DNA of 64,000 nucleotides, from positions 248,001 through 312,000 of IMG/VR virus record IMGVR_UViG_3300032782_000001. One strand, 5' to 3'. The translations under genes were made by a program, and so were the position numbers. Position 1 is the first letter of the stretch. Each line of letters opens with the position of its first letter. Shown piece after piece: positions 9,618 to 19,229 of this stretch. A model generated the notes under the pieces. That model did not search any database. It saw only the letters and a list, made by a program, of their open reading frames with translations, and had not been told where the DNA came from.

Positions 9618-10934
9618 ATGGGTTCATTCAGCTACACGTGCGGAGTTTCTAAACTGCCAATCGAGGCCGGGGATAAAATCCGGTACATTCTTCTCACTGA
9701 AAATCCTTATGGCGATGATTGTGGAGCTAACGGACATTGGTTTCCTAGATCTTTCCCAATTCGAGCGGAATACAACGACTATGGTTCCGTCGAAAATGTG
9801 GAAGACGGGATCGGTCGTGATCTCTGGATGGAAGCTCTGAAGATCGACCTCTTATCGGTAGGAGTCGGAGATAATTCCGTGCATGATGTTCCAACTTCTA
9901 AAAATATGAAGTGGGAACAGTTGCTAGAAGCTATCGTGGAAAAACGAGTCTTTGTTCGTCAGGATGTTGGCGATACGAGGGCCGATCGGAAAAAATTGGA
10001 ACAGCATCTCGCAGATGGTCGGAAAACGGTCCCTAATGGGGTGCCAACCATGCAACGAGTATGTTCGGCCCTCAAGAAAGCAAAGCATGCTGTGACTTCA
10101 GCTGGATTCACACATGCAGGCTTTCTAGTGGACAAGATCCGCTACGGAACAATCCGTGTTCGGTGGTCGGGTAACAGTAAGTCTTACGGGAAAGATGTGG
10201 AAAAACTCGAGAAGGCACAAAAAGCCCTCTCGGAGTATGCCACCGTAGTGAAAGCCGGCTCAGGATCCTACGCACATATTGCTGAACTCATGGTTTACGC
10301 TAAGCCAAACACGGCGGGCTTTCATGATGGGAAGAGGCTTCCAAAGAAACGGCTCACGGTAAGCCACATCATGGTCCGTGAAGACGTTTGGCAAAAACTA
10401 TTGGGTATTCGTACTGAAGATTTTTACAACCATAGAAGGTATTTAGGCATCGAAGATCACCGCAAGGCCATTCGTGATCTTTATGATTTGTCTTGTAAAG
10501 AATATCATAAAACTTGCTTCAAAGTCGATAAAAATGCTTCACCAGAAATGGTCTCCATGATGGAGTGTGCTAAGAGACTCCGTTCGTTTGCATTAGAAAA
10601 CATAGACAATCATAGCCCTGTCGGGTTTATCGCCAAAGACGGGATTCCATTCGCGGTGGGGCTCGGAACTAATTGGCGACTTCTGATCGAAAAGAATCTT
10701 CCAGAAGTAGAAGCGGCTCCGGTTCTTGATTCCATTGCCGAAATGGTCCATGTCATGAAGGTGCTTCTTCCTGTCCGATGGTCATGGGTTCCGTCTACGT
10801 CCTGCGGACCTCAGTTCGGGGAATGGGAAAAACACGCTGTCGTGAACGACATTTTCTCACAAATTGCGACCGATATCGGTTTCCAACACAAAGTCCGACA
10901 GGAAGAATTCGAAAAGGAATGTCAGGGAAACTGA
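9618..10934 (+). CDS. Hypothetical phage protein (438 aa)
   Basis: Long ORF starting MGSFSYTCGVSKLPI; no recognisable catalytic motif. Confidence 0.7.
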   Translation: MGSFSYTCGVSKLPIEAGDKIRYILLTENPYGDDCGANGHWFPRSFPIRAEYNDYGSVENVEDGIGRDLWMEALKIDLLSVGVGDNSVHDVPTSKNMKWEQLLEAIVEKRVFVRQDVGDTRADRKKLEQHLADGRKTVPNGVPTMQRVCSALKKAKHAVTSAGFTHAGFLVDKIRYGTIRVRWSGNSKSYGKDVEKLEKAQKALSEYATVVKAGSGSYAHIAELMVYAKPNTAGFHDGKRLPKKRLTVSHIMVREDVWQKLLGIRTEDFYNHRRYLGIEDHRKAIRDLYDLSCKEYHKTCFKVDKNASPEMVSMMECAKRLRSFALENIDNHSPVGFIAKDGIPFAVGLGTNWRLLIEKNLPEVEAAPVLDSIAEMVHVMKVLLPVRWSWVPSTSCGPQFGEWEKHAVVNDIFSQIATDIGFQHKVRQEEFEKECQGN

Positions 10935-10940
10935 CAAGGA

Positions 10941-11150
10941 GTGATAGTGCAACAGAATCGTAGGAACAATATGGATCGTCGACCCGTCCGAGTACCCCCT
11001 GTGGAAATCATCTACTTGAGGCGTTCGTACAGAAATCGTTCAGCGGAAACCGCTGATGGAATCAAGACGGAGCAATCACCCAAAGGACCCGTGGAGTCAA
11101 GCCAAGAGCCCTCGCCGCCATCAGGCGAGCGTTTCCGCTCACAAGAGTGA
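10941..11150 (+). CDS. Possible small hypothetical protein
   Basis: AGGAG upstream of GTG, but the 3' end overlaps the convergent ParB-like gene by about 90 bp. Confidence 0.3.
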   Translation: MIVQQNRRNNMDRRPVRVPPVEIIYLRRSYRNRSAETADGIKTEQSPKGPVESSQEPSPPSGERFRSQE

Positions 11151-11703
11151 TGCTGCCATCAGATCGTTCCAAAATGATAGGGGCAGGAATCCCCGCCCCC
11201 TGGACCATCCCCTGGATTACACTATCGACATCCCGTCCATAACCTTCAGCAATATCGGTGGCCTCGTTTACGGACGAAATACCGAACGAATCTGTTCCTT
11301 CCAACCTTTGCCAGTCGGATTCTGATAAAGGCCGCATCTTGGCACTGTGCGCTTCCTGAAGCAGAGAAGGCATTTCGAGCCCTTCTTCATCAGCTAGGCG
11401 TACGAGTTCCTCCTCTTCTTCATCAAGGCTCGGAGGTACCCAAGAAACGGAAGGAACACCGGCAATATGGAAGGCCGCCACTAAGAGTCTGGTGGACACG
11501 TTTAAACCCGCTGGAGGGGTCTTCTGAGCCCATTGAGCTTTGGAACGAGTTTCGAACACAGAACTCTTGATTCCGTCGATCGTGAGATACCCAGAAAACT
11601 TCGCGTCTTCTAAAACATCTTCAGGAATTTCTTCAGGGTCCCAAGAGCCGTCTGGCTGAAGATGAAATCCGATTCCAGGAGTAAGTATCGGTTCATGTCG
11701 CAT
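11062..11703 (-). CDS. ParB/sulfiredoxin-like domain protein with ~60-aa N-terminal module shared with the neighbouring HNH gene
   Basis: C-terminal PAPIILERSDGSITLVSGNARLMAARALG resembles ParB-N (P..v.......ivdGhrRl.Aa..lG). Start placed at ATG 11703, overlapping the upstream stop. Confidence 0.6.
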   Translation of the reverse strand: MRHEPILTPGIGFHLQPDGSWDPEEIPEDVLEDAKFSGYLTIDGIKSSVFETRSKAQWAQKTPPAGLNVSTRLLVAAFHIAGVPSVSWVPPSLDEEEEELVRLADEEGLEMPSLLQEAHSAKMRPLSESDWQRLEGTDSFGISSVNEATDIAEGYGRDVDSVIQGMVQGAGIPAPIILERSDGSITLVSGNARLMAARALGLTPRVLWVIAPS

Positions 11704-12526
11704 ACTGACTCCGCAAATGTGTACGCCGACGATGACACCAACAACAAACAAGATCGCATTTCATGATTTCGTTCAAAACAATTTTATTCGAACGACGTTT
11801 GCTAACGAGATCAGACACTGCCATCCGTTTTATTTCACCAGGAATATGATCAAAATCCATGAGCAGTGGATTGAATGAAGATCCACAATCGGCACACGAG
11901 TTTTGCTTGAGCTCAGAAATGGGGCTAAGTATTCCATTTCTGGAAAAGGTTCGTTCACGATGGCATCCGACGCAAACAAGTTCACATAAAGAAATTTCTT
12001 GAAGAATGCGTTTTTGACTCCAATGTTGCTTTTGCAACATGCTAATGGAAAAGGTTTTCACACCTAAATGATCATAATCCATCATCCAAGGTTCAAATAT
12101 GCGTTTACAATCCGTACACGGGTTAGTTTTTAAAGAATCTACGAATTTCTTCAAACTCCGACGACGTTCTAAAGTAGAACGATTGTGTGATATTTTCTTT
12201 TTCGGATTAGACCGCCATTCTTTAAATATTAAGCTTTTACACTTTCTACACCGGGAGTCCCGGCCCATACCACCACGCTTAAACCTCGTGAAGGACTCCA
12301 AGGAAAGAATCATTCCGCATTTTGTGCATAATTTCCGATCCCCGAAGGCCCATTGTTCTCCCTCGGGGGTTTCAAACACGGCGGTCTTGAATCCCTCAAT
12401 AGTGAGATATCCTGAAAACTCCGCCTTAGAAATGACGCTGGACGGGACCTTCATGACGTCCCATTCACCTTCAGCGTTCAGACGGAAGGCGTTCCCAGGC
12501 TCAAGGCTAGGGCCGTCGGCCTTCAT
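11693..12526 (-). CDS. HNH endonuclease-like protein (Zn finger plus two tandem HNH repeats)
   Basis: CTKC...CRKC, then PCTDC..MDYDH...CELVCVGCHRERT and SCADC..MDFDH...CDLVCCWCHRRRT; the HNH part is visibly AT-richer than its flanks. Confidence 0.75.
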   Translation of the reverse strand: MKADGPSLEPGNAFRLNAEGEWDVMKVPSSVISKAEFSGYLTIEGFKTAVFETPEGEQWAFGDRKLCTKCGMILSLESFTRFKRGGMGRDSRCRKCKSLIFKEWRSNPKKKISHNRSTLERRRSLKKFVDSLKTNPCTDCKRIFEPWMMDYDHLGVKTFSISMLQKQHWSQKRILQEISLCELVCVGCHRERTFSRNGILSPISELKQNSCADCGSSFNPLLMDFDHIPGEIKRMAVSDLVSKRRSNKIVLNEIMKCDLVCCWCHRRRTHLRSQYAT

Positions 12527-12537
12527 CAGAAGAGAGA

Positions 12538-13059
12538 TTACTCCGACTTTTCGGAGTGATGACCCTTGTTGCGGCGCTCGAAATAGAACGTTGAGTTCTT
12601 GGATTGATCGCCGTATAGCGAATGGACAGCCTTCTCAATAGCCTCGAGCGGCTTGTCGAGATCTTGAACCGTATCGACTTCAGAGAAGATCCCTGCAACC
12701 TTCTCCACAATGGAAGCGATCTGGGGACGGATCGCAGCATTCTGAGGACGTTGAGCTGCTACGAAAGCTTGCTTGAGACCCGACAGGATACTGACGATTC
12801 GTCGGTAATTGGCGGCCGGAACCACGGCCGCGCTCCGAAGCTGATCGATTTGATCTCCAAGATGCTCGATATCAGACTTACGAGAATGCTCCCCGAAGGA
12901 ATTCTTCTCACCAGCCGGCTTCTCAACTTCACTTTGGAGCAAAGCGATCTGAGCCTCCAGACCGTCGATGCTACGGTCTACAGCCTCATCCTGCGGGTCC
13001 ATCTGCGCGAGACGGGTGGCGTGTTCGACAGCAGCGGCAACAATCTGAATTTGGCTCAT
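12538..13059 (-). CDS. Hypothetical helical protein (possible head/scaffold-associated)
   Basis: 173 aa, GAGG RBS, coiled-coil-like heptads. Confidence 0.6.
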   Translation of the reverse strand: MSQIQIVAAAVEHATRLAQMDPQDEAVDRSIDGLEAQIALLQSEVEKPAGEKNSFGEHSRKSDIEHLGDQIDQLRSAAVVPAANYRRIVSILSGLKQAFVAAQRPQNAAIRPQIASIVEKVAGIFSEVDTVQDLDKPLEAIEKAVHSLYGDQSKNSTFYFERRNKGHHSEKSE

Positions 13060-13099
13060 GTCTGGTCCTCTCTAGATAGAAAAGATTGAAGGGTTATGA

Positions 13100-14605
13100 T
13101 TAGCCCAACGCCTTTACTTCCATATCCCCATCTACCCGGACATGGTGCTTCTTGGCCCTTTGACCGATAGCAAAATTGGAAACGACTTGCTGGGCCGCCG
13201 CAGTCAGATCATCTGAAGTGAAGGTGACAGCGCCACCAGAAGTACCTCTTTCAGCCACCGCTCGGATAACGGTAGACTTAGCAAGTTCCTTCACATATGC
13301 GCCCGTAAGCCCTTCGCATAGTTCGATCACGGTGCTGATCGTATCTTTCGTAACCGAAGCATCGGGAACAGCATGAAGCTTCTTGAGGAAGGAATGAAGC
13401 ATAAGAGCACGGTCGATGGAATCCGGGTAGGGAATTTCAATTTTGACATCAAACCTACCTGGCCGATTAACAAGAGCCTCGTCCATTGAGGCGATGTCAT
13501 TGGTTGAAGCCATTACTACAACCCCAGCATTCTCTTGAGCCCCATCCAGACATGCCAAAAACTCATTGAGAACGCGACTTTCATAACCGCTCAGACCACT
13601 CCTGTTCCCTCCGAACAGGTCCATGTCTTCAATAAACACAATGCAAGGGGCCAAAGTCCTGGCGGCCTGGAACAGTGAAGTTACGTGTTCAGGATAATCA
13701 ATTGACTTTCCCGTGCACCAAATTCGAGTAGCTTGACTTTCAGTTTCATGCGAGATAGCACGAAACAATGTCGTTTTCGCCATTCCGGGCGGAGAAATAA
13801 GGATAGCATTCCGATTCGGGCACATGCCGACGGAAGCCAATTCCTCCATATGTTTGAGCACTTCTACGGTGTTGTCACGAATAGCGCATTTGACATGATC
13901 CTTGAGAACAATATCGTCCCAAGACGTCGAAGTCACTGCCATGAAGTCTAGATGACCACGTTCAAAGCAAAGACATTTCTTGAAATAAATATCATTAGCT
14001 CGAATAGACGCATCTAGATCGTGGAAGAACTTTTCAGCTGCTGCTTGTTGAGTAGGGTGAGCAAGAACCGTTAGACTACAATATGGCATCTCGTAACAGA
14101 AATCTGCCCGGACAACTAAGTGCGTATCGTCGACTTCGTTTCTGACAAAGAAAATACCGTAGACGGGCAGCGTCTCCGTCCGACCAAGGTCCACAGAAAG
14201 TTGTTCATACTGAATGCGGTATGAACTACGCCCTTTGAGGGCTTCTTTGAATTCATACTGGTCGAGGAAAGGTACGATTTCGTATTCGGCACCGTTCACG
14301 CCGTAATTTTTGAACAGACGAGTGAAAGCCCAGGCATTCAAATTCCTAGCAAATGCTGGATAAGTTCGATTGAGATTAATGGCAAGATGAATCTCACATC
14401 CTAGCCAAAGTTCTTTAATGTGGGAATCCGGGTCGGACGGGTACCAACGCTCCACTCGGCGAGCCAGAGCAGCCCGTTCGTCCACCTTCGAAAAATAGGA
14501 GTCCAGAATATAATTGGCGGCTCCGGCAAAAGCATCCGTAATTCCGTAAGGAATACTCACGAGGCTTGGAAGGTAGCCTGCAGTCTTGCGCACGGGTCGG
14601 CCCAT
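13100..14605 (-). CDS. AAA+ ATPase (classical AAA clade, FtsH/Cdc48-like module)
   Basis: Walker A variant ISPPGMAKTT, Walker B IVFIEDMD, SRH ASTNDIASMDEALVNRPGRFD. Confidence 0.85.
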   Translation of the reverse strand: MGRPVRKTAGYLPSLVSIPYGITDAFAGAANYILDSYFSKVDERAALARRVERWYPSDPDSHIKELWLGCEIHLAINLNRTYPAFARNLNAWAFTRLFKNYGVNGAEYEIVPFLDQYEFKEALKGRSSYRIQYEQLSVDLGRTETLPVYGIFFVRNEVDDTHLVVRADFCYEMPYCSLTVLAHPTQQAAAEKFFHDLDASIRANDIYFKKCLCFERGHLDFMAVTSTSWDDIVLKDHVKCAIRDNTVEVLKHMEELASVGMCPNRNAILISPPGMAKTTLFRAISHETESQATRIWCTGKSIDYPEHVTSLFQAARTLAPCIVFIEDMDLFGGNRSGLSGYESRVLNEFLACLDGAQENAGVVVMASTNDIASMDEALVNRPGRFDVKIEIPYPDSIDRALMLHSFLKKLHAVPDASVTKDTISTVIELCEGLTGAYVKELAKSTVIRAVAERGTSGGAVTFTSDDLTAAAQQVVSNFAIGQRAKKHHVRVDGDMEVKALG

Positions 14606-14640
14606 GCTGTACCGATACCAGAAGAAGGCTAAAGCCGAAA

Positions 14641-14997
14641 ATGGAAGGCTTCCGGGAGTATTCGCAGTCGATGGGATCTAAAAGAAACGGGAAAGTGGTA
14701 TCTAAATACCATCGGTTGAGGCTTACGGATGACATCAGGAAGCTTGTACTCGGCTTACCGGTCGTCAACCTTCGAGAAACGCAAGTCGGAAATCACGTAT
14801 ACATGGCGGATGGCGAAATTTGCATTGGTCTTCAAAAAAGATCAGTAAGAATCCGAATTGCGCACAGAGATGGGAGACTAAGTCTGATTATCCGTTCAGC
14901 AGATGGATTGGATTTGGAACTACCTTATGATACCTCCGAACAGAGGGATCAAGCTCCAGTCGACGCAAAAGAAAAGATGCAGGCTATGCTGAATTAG
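14641..14997 (+). CDS. Hypothetical protein
   Basis: ORF divergent from the AAA gene. ATG 14641 preferred because the track start (14566) overlaps the AAA gene. Confidence 0.5.
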   Translation: MEGFREYSQSMGSKRNGKVVSKYHRLRLTDDIRKLVLGLPVVNLRETQVGNHVYMADGEICIGLQKRSVRIRIAHRDGRLSLIIRSADGLDLELPYDTSEQRDQAPVDAKEKMQAMLN

Positions 14998-15071
14998 GCG
15001 AATCCTGGCTTTTTATGTCATCTCTACGTACCCGCTCGGGGGTTCCTGAGACATGAGGGGTATCGTAGACC

Positions 15072-16685
15072 ATGACGATCACTGTCGGCGTGACGCAAAC
15101 GGCGTCCGACCTATCCAACGTCATCCAGGCGGTTGTCGTCTTAGGGTCAGATAGCGAGCTTCCCAATCCGCTCGCATCTTTCCTCAGTCCGGACACTTAT
15201 TTGTCCGTACTCACTTCATTGTCTATCCAACCCGGGACGTATGACATCGGTCAAATTACCGTTACGTCAGTTAGTTCCCCCATATTTGCACAATTCGCTT
15301 ACAGCCTCACTGTCAGGTTCGTCAAAAAAGGAACCGCAGTCACTTCTGCACAGTTCGTGGGGCCGGCAGGACCGGTAGGTCCCCAAGGACCAGCCGGAGA
15401 AGACGGAGCTCCCGGAGGCCCACCAGGGCCTCAAGGACCAATGGGTCCGGCTGGCCCACAGGGGCCAACTGGAGCACGAGGGCCAACTGGACCGAACGGA
15501 TCTCCGGGAGCTCAAGGTCCCATTGGTCCAGCCGGACCATCCGGAGCTAGAGGCGCCACCGGACCGCAGGGAATCCAAGGAGTCACAGGTCCATTCGGTG
15601 GACCTCAAGGTTCTCAAGGTTCTCCAGGAATTACTGGTTCTCAAGGAGAACCAGGGGTAACCGGAGCGACTGGGCCCCAAGGAACTACAGGTCCTCAAGG
15701 TCCTATCGGGTCCCCAGGGAATCCCGGTAGTCAAGGATCTCCTGGAGTCACAGGGTCTACGGGACCGGCTGGTGCGACTGGAGCACAAGGAGCTACTGGT
15801 CTACAAGGAGCAACTGGAGCACAAGGAATAACTGGGGCGACTGGACCACAAGGATCAACTGGAGCACAAGGAGCTACCGGTCTACAAGGAGCACAAGGAG
15901 CTACCGGTCCAACTGGAGCACAAGGAGCTACCGGTCTACAAGGAGCAACTGGAGCACAAGGAATAACTGGGAAAACTGGTGCAACTGGTCCCCAAGGTAG
16001 CCCGGGAGTAACTGGTGCAACGGGGGCTGTTGGACCTCAAGGTGTTACTGGTGCAATTGGACCTCAAGGTTCTCAAGGAAGTCCTGGTGCAACGGGGGCT
16101 GCGGGGGCAACGGGTGCGGTTGGACCTACTGGGTCGCAGGGTATTCAGGGCTCACCTGGGGTCACTGGAGTAACTGGACCTGCGGGAGCTCCTCAAGGGT
16201 CACCTGGCGTCACTGGACCGCAGGGTCCTACAGGACCACAAGGTGCGACTGGGCCGGCTGGCGGCGGTAGTGCAGTTACAGGAGCGACGGGTCCTCAAGG
16301 CGCAACAGGACCTGCGGGCGCCATGGGCGTCACTGGTCCAATGCGACGGTTCGTTTACCCGACTCCGTCGTTCCCTGTTACAGCTAGCTATATGGCAAGG
16401 CCATTCGAGAGGGTGTTGTACGCCCCTACGGGGTCAGCATTCACTATTTTTGCTCCGTCGGGGCCTGTGCAAGGCGATCAATTTGCCGTTAAACAAATCA
16501 CCAACAGTCAAACTGCTACCATGACCTTCAACGGCAACAATAATAAAATTGAAGACCCATTTGGTGTAGGACTCCCAGGAGTTACGTCATCCATTATGTC
16601 AATAGGAGGATACTCCGAAACTTCCATGGTGTGGGAATATGACGGAGTCAACACTTGGTATTTGTTGTTCTTTTGGAGCAACTAG
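15072..16685 (+). CDS. Collagen-like fibre protein (537 aa) with C-terminal beta-sandwich
   Basis: About 330 aa of Gly-X-Y with a few interruptions. C-terminus [18 protein letters not shown]...NGNNNKIED...[10 protein letters not shown] resembles T4 gp9/gp10-type fibre domains. Confidence 0.85.
   Translation: MTITVGVTQTASDLSNVIQAVVVLGSDSELPNPLASFLSPDTYLSVLTSLSIQPGTYDIGQITVTSVSSPIFAQFAYSLTVRFVKKGTAVTSAQFVGPAGPVGPQGPAGEDGAPGGPPGPQGPMGPAGPQGPTGARGPTGPNGSPGAQGPIGPAGPSGARGATGPQGIQGVTGPFGGPQGSQGSPGITGSQGEPGVTGATGPQGTTGPQGPIGSPGNPGSQGSPGVTGSTGPAGATGAQGATGLQGATGAQGITGATGPQGSTGAQGATGLQGAQGATGPTGAQGATGLQGATGAQGITGKTGATGPQGSPGVTGATGAVGPQGVTGAIGPQGSQGSPGATGAAGATGAVGPTGSQGIQGSPGVTGVTGPAGAPQGSPGVTGPQGPTGPQGATGPAGGGSAVTGATGPQGATGPAGAMGVTGPMRRFVYPTPSFPVTASYMARPFERVLYAPTGSAFTIFAPSGPVQGDQFAVKQITNSQTATMTFNGNNNKIEDPFGVGLPGVTSSIMSIGGYSETSMVWEYDGVNTWYLLFFWSN
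15777..15971 (+). repeat. 60-bp direct repeat (2 copies, 1 mismatch) inside small collagen gene
   Basis: 15777-15836 and 15912-15971: actggagcacaaggagctac(t/c)ggtctacaaggagcaactggagcacaaggaataactggg; a partial third copy lies between them. Confidence 0.9.
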
Positions 16686-16888
16686 CGTGATCCCAATCCG
16701 ACTTTTACGCGAGCGGAAATTCCGTTCCAAGAAAGTGACAGGTTTTGTACTGAGTGGGCATCAGCCCACTCTCCAATCCTAGTCAAGAATCGGGAAAGCT
16801 CATCGGGACGGACGGGGGCCATAAATTCTACGCCCTCCGATGAATCAGAAACTTCGTCCAAAATTTTCCCGAGGTCATTTGCTTCCAT
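16682..16888 (-). CDS. Small hypothetical protein
   Basis: 68 aa, fills the gap and converges on the collagen gene. Confidence 0.5.
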   Translation of the reverse strand: MEANDLGKILDEVSDSSEGVEFMAPVRPDELSRFLTRIGEWADAHSVQNLSLSWNGISARVKVGLGSR

Positions 16889-16933
16889 AGATATGAAATG
16901 TTACCAAAAGAGGGTCATTGTATTGTGCGCACC

Positions 16934-17833
16934 ATGAATGTTGCTTTTGATATGGAGACTTCAGATCCAGATGACGTCTTCACACTTTGCTTCTTAGCAG
17001 GCCATCCGGCCGTAAAACTTCGTGCGGTCACAATAACACCAGGTTCCAAACAACAAATAGGACTGGTGAAACATGTTTTAAAAAGGCTCGGATTAGATAT
17101 CCCTATCGGAGCCAGGAAACCGGATCACCCCAAATCTTGTGTTTCGGAATTCCATCACAAGTGGTTCGGAAAGATTGAAGAAGCCGTACCCGATGGATTG
17201 GGATGGGAAATTCTGTCTTCCGCTTGTATGTCGAGCTTCCCTCTAGCAATTGTTACAGGAGGCCCACTTGGGAATCTCGGGGACATGATCGCTAACGGTC
17301 GAATTCATGAGTTGAGGGGGCTCATCATTCAGGGCGGATTCGCAGGGGATAACGTGACGAAGCCCGAGCATAGGCTGCCAAAGTTTGCTGGACGAGAAAC
17401 AGCACCAACTTTCAATCTAAACGGGGACGTGAAATCTGCCTGGGCAGTGTTAGCATACCCGAAAGTAGCTAGTCGCAGGCTAGTATCAAAAAACGTATGT
17501 CACGGGGTCATATATGACCAGCCAATGCATGAACGAATGAAGCCCTTCCGTCACGTAAGTGCCGGGATCGGGATGATGATTGAAGGGATGGAAATATACC
17601 TCAAGAATAAGCCCGAAGGGAAAATCTTCCATGACCCGCTGGCGGCTTGCGTGGCCATCGAACCAGAAGTCTGCGAATTCCGCGAGGTAGCAATCTACAG
17701 GATCAAAGGGGAGTGGGGATCCAAGTTGGAGTCCGGAACCAAAACGTGGATTTCCACTGCCGTGAACCGAGAGCTTTTCGAACAAGTATTGTCTGGTCAA
17801 CGAGGCGGCGGGCGAACTGAGTCACTTCCCTGA
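16934..17833 (+). CDS. Inosine-uridine-preferring nucleoside hydrolase family protein
   Basis: N-terminal DMETSDPDD acidic Ca-binding motif, PTFNLNGD and C-terminal FHDPLAAC. Start placed at ATG 16934. Confidence 0.8.
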   Translation: MNVAFDMETSDPDDVFTLCFLAGHPAVKLRAVTITPGSKQQIGLVKHVLKRLGLDIPIGARKPDHPKSCVSEFHHKWFGKIEEAVPDGLGWEILSSACMSSFPLAIVTGGPLGNLGDMIANGRIHELRGLIIQGGFAGDNVTKPEHRLPKFAGRETAPTFNLNGDVKSAWAVLAYPKVASRRLVSKNVCHGVIYDQPMHERMKPFRHVSAGIGMMIEGMEIYLKNKPEGKIFHDPLAACVAIEPEVCEFREVAIYRIKGEWGSKLESGTKTWISTAVNRELFEQVLSGQRGGGRTESLP

Positions 17834-18111
17834 TCTGCAGACTCTTGTTCTACGAACCGAAGAAACACACGTCTGGCTGCGTGCTTACCGTAGCCAATCC
17901 TCTCCATGAAGGTCTCGAATTTGCTCTCACCCTCATGGAAAGCTGATGAAGTAAAAGTGATCCCGCAAGGACCAGTAGCAGAAATAACTTCAAGTCGATC
18001 CGGATAAACTGGGTCTACTCGAATTTCCATTCCAAGAGGATGTAGAATCCTCCTATTAATCTCAAACAGGATTCCATCCGCTTCTAAAGTCTGAGGCAAG
18101 ATCTCCTTCAC
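17797..18111 (-). CDS. Hypothetical phage protein
   Basis: GGAG RBS; LFEINRRILHPLGM motif. Confidence 0.6.
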   Translation of the reverse strand: MKEILPQTLEADGILFEINRRILHPLGMEIRVDPVYPDRLEVISATGPCGITFTSSAFHEGESKFETFMERIGYGKHAARRVFLRFVEQESADQGSDSVRPPPR

Positions 18112-18146
18112 GAGGTCTCCGTTCCATCAACTTTCCAGTTATTAGT

Positions 18147-18182
18147 CTCGCAAAATACGCTCGATCGAGCGTATTTTGCGAG
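18147..18182. promoter_or_regulatory. Perfect 36-bp palindrome between divergent genes
   Basis: ctcgcaaaatacgctcga|tcgagcgtattttgcgag; ends 1 nt before ATG 18184. Confidence 0.7.
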
Positions 18183-18183
18183 C

Positions 18184-18525
18184 ATGGGAGACGTCATCTA
18201 TGCCTCCGACGAACATTCTCTCTACGGAGAATTATATCGAATTCTCAATGAGCTGGCTTTGGAAACCGACCTCATGGAAAAGGGTATCATCGTCGGATTC
18301 CATAGGATCGACAATTCTAACTGCAAATATGTATGTCAAATTCAAGACTGGGAGGGGGATGACAGTCCGATCGAATTTGAAAGGAGAATTGAGAAACTGG
18401 TAGAAGGTAATATTCTCATGATTCGACTCCAAGGACGGGGAGCCGATTGCAGATTTTACGTGATTGCGGAAACCATAGAAGAAGCTTTAGGGAAAATTAC
18501 CGTGTTCCAGATCATGGAATCATGA
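18184..18525 (+). CDS. Hypothetical protein with C-terminal IMES tag
   Basis: 113 aa ending ITVFQIMES*. Confidence 0.7.
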   Translation: MGDVIYASDEHSLYGELYRILNELALETDLMEKGIIVGFHRIDNSNCKYVCQIQDWEGDDSPIEFERRIEKLVEGNILMIRLQGRGADCRFYVIAETIEEALGKITVFQIMES

Positions 18526-18753
18526 TTCCATGATCTGACGAACAATATGCACATCACAAGAATCGTCTTTCTCGGGCTGACTATTGAAAGACATCATACC
18601 GCATCGGTCGCATTTCTGTGCAACCATGGCAGGGTCGTATGACCAAGTCATATTAACGTGGACCTCTACAGATTCTTTGTTAGGCTTTTCAGCTCGTACA
18701 CACAGAAATGATTGGTCCTCGCCGTCTACGACATCGCGCCATTTATGATCCAT
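18520..18753 (-). CDS. Small CxxC protein with C-terminal IMES tag
   Basis: CDRC...DDSCDVHIVRQIMES*. Confidence 0.7.
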   Translation of the reverse strand: MDHKWRDVVDGEDQSFLCVRAEKPNKESVEVHVNMTWSYDPAMVAQKCDRCGMMSFNSQPEKDDSCDVHIVRQIMES

Positions 18754-18768
18754 ATCGGAAGCGTACGC

Positions 18769-19203
18769 TCAATACGAACCGAATGACTCGTGAACTTCAG
18801 GCATGAGTTCACGGACTTTTTCTTCAGTTCGATGAATATCACACAAATCCCAATGGAAACTGTGATTGACAGAAGCAAATTTCTGCGTCCAGTTTCCACA
18901 GACGACGCATTGGCGTTGAGTACCAGAATGCATGCCGTCAAGACGCATATGATTGTCAAGTAAATACGAACGGTAGCAAGCTTGAGCTTCTTGCTCTGTC
19001 GCATGTCCGTCATCGTGGTACTTAGACTGATTGGATTGAATACGTTGCCATTCAGCATCACTCATATGACACTCGGCACGTTTCTCGGGAGTCCAATCGG
19101 TTTTATGACAATACCCGACGGGATAAGTACCGGTCCGTTTGTTCTGACAAGTGTAATCCCAACGTTTATCCAGAGTCCTTTGCCTGGCTGCGTAATAGTT
19201 CAC
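18769..19203 (-). CDS. Hypothetical Cys/His-rich phage protein
   Basis: GGAGG RBS before GTG 19203 (MNYYAARQR...); GYCH, HDDGH, CVVC and CDIH motifs. Confidence 0.65.
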   Translation of the reverse strand: MNYYAARQRTLDKRWDYTCQNKRTGTYPVGYCHKTDWTPEKRAECHMSDAEWQRIQSNQSKYHDDGHATEQEAQACYRSYLLDNHMRLDGMHSGTQRQCVVCGNWTQKFASVNHSFHWDLCDIHRTEEKVRELMPEVHESFGSY

Positions 19204-19229
19204 CGGATACCTCCAGTTAGCAGCGGCAA

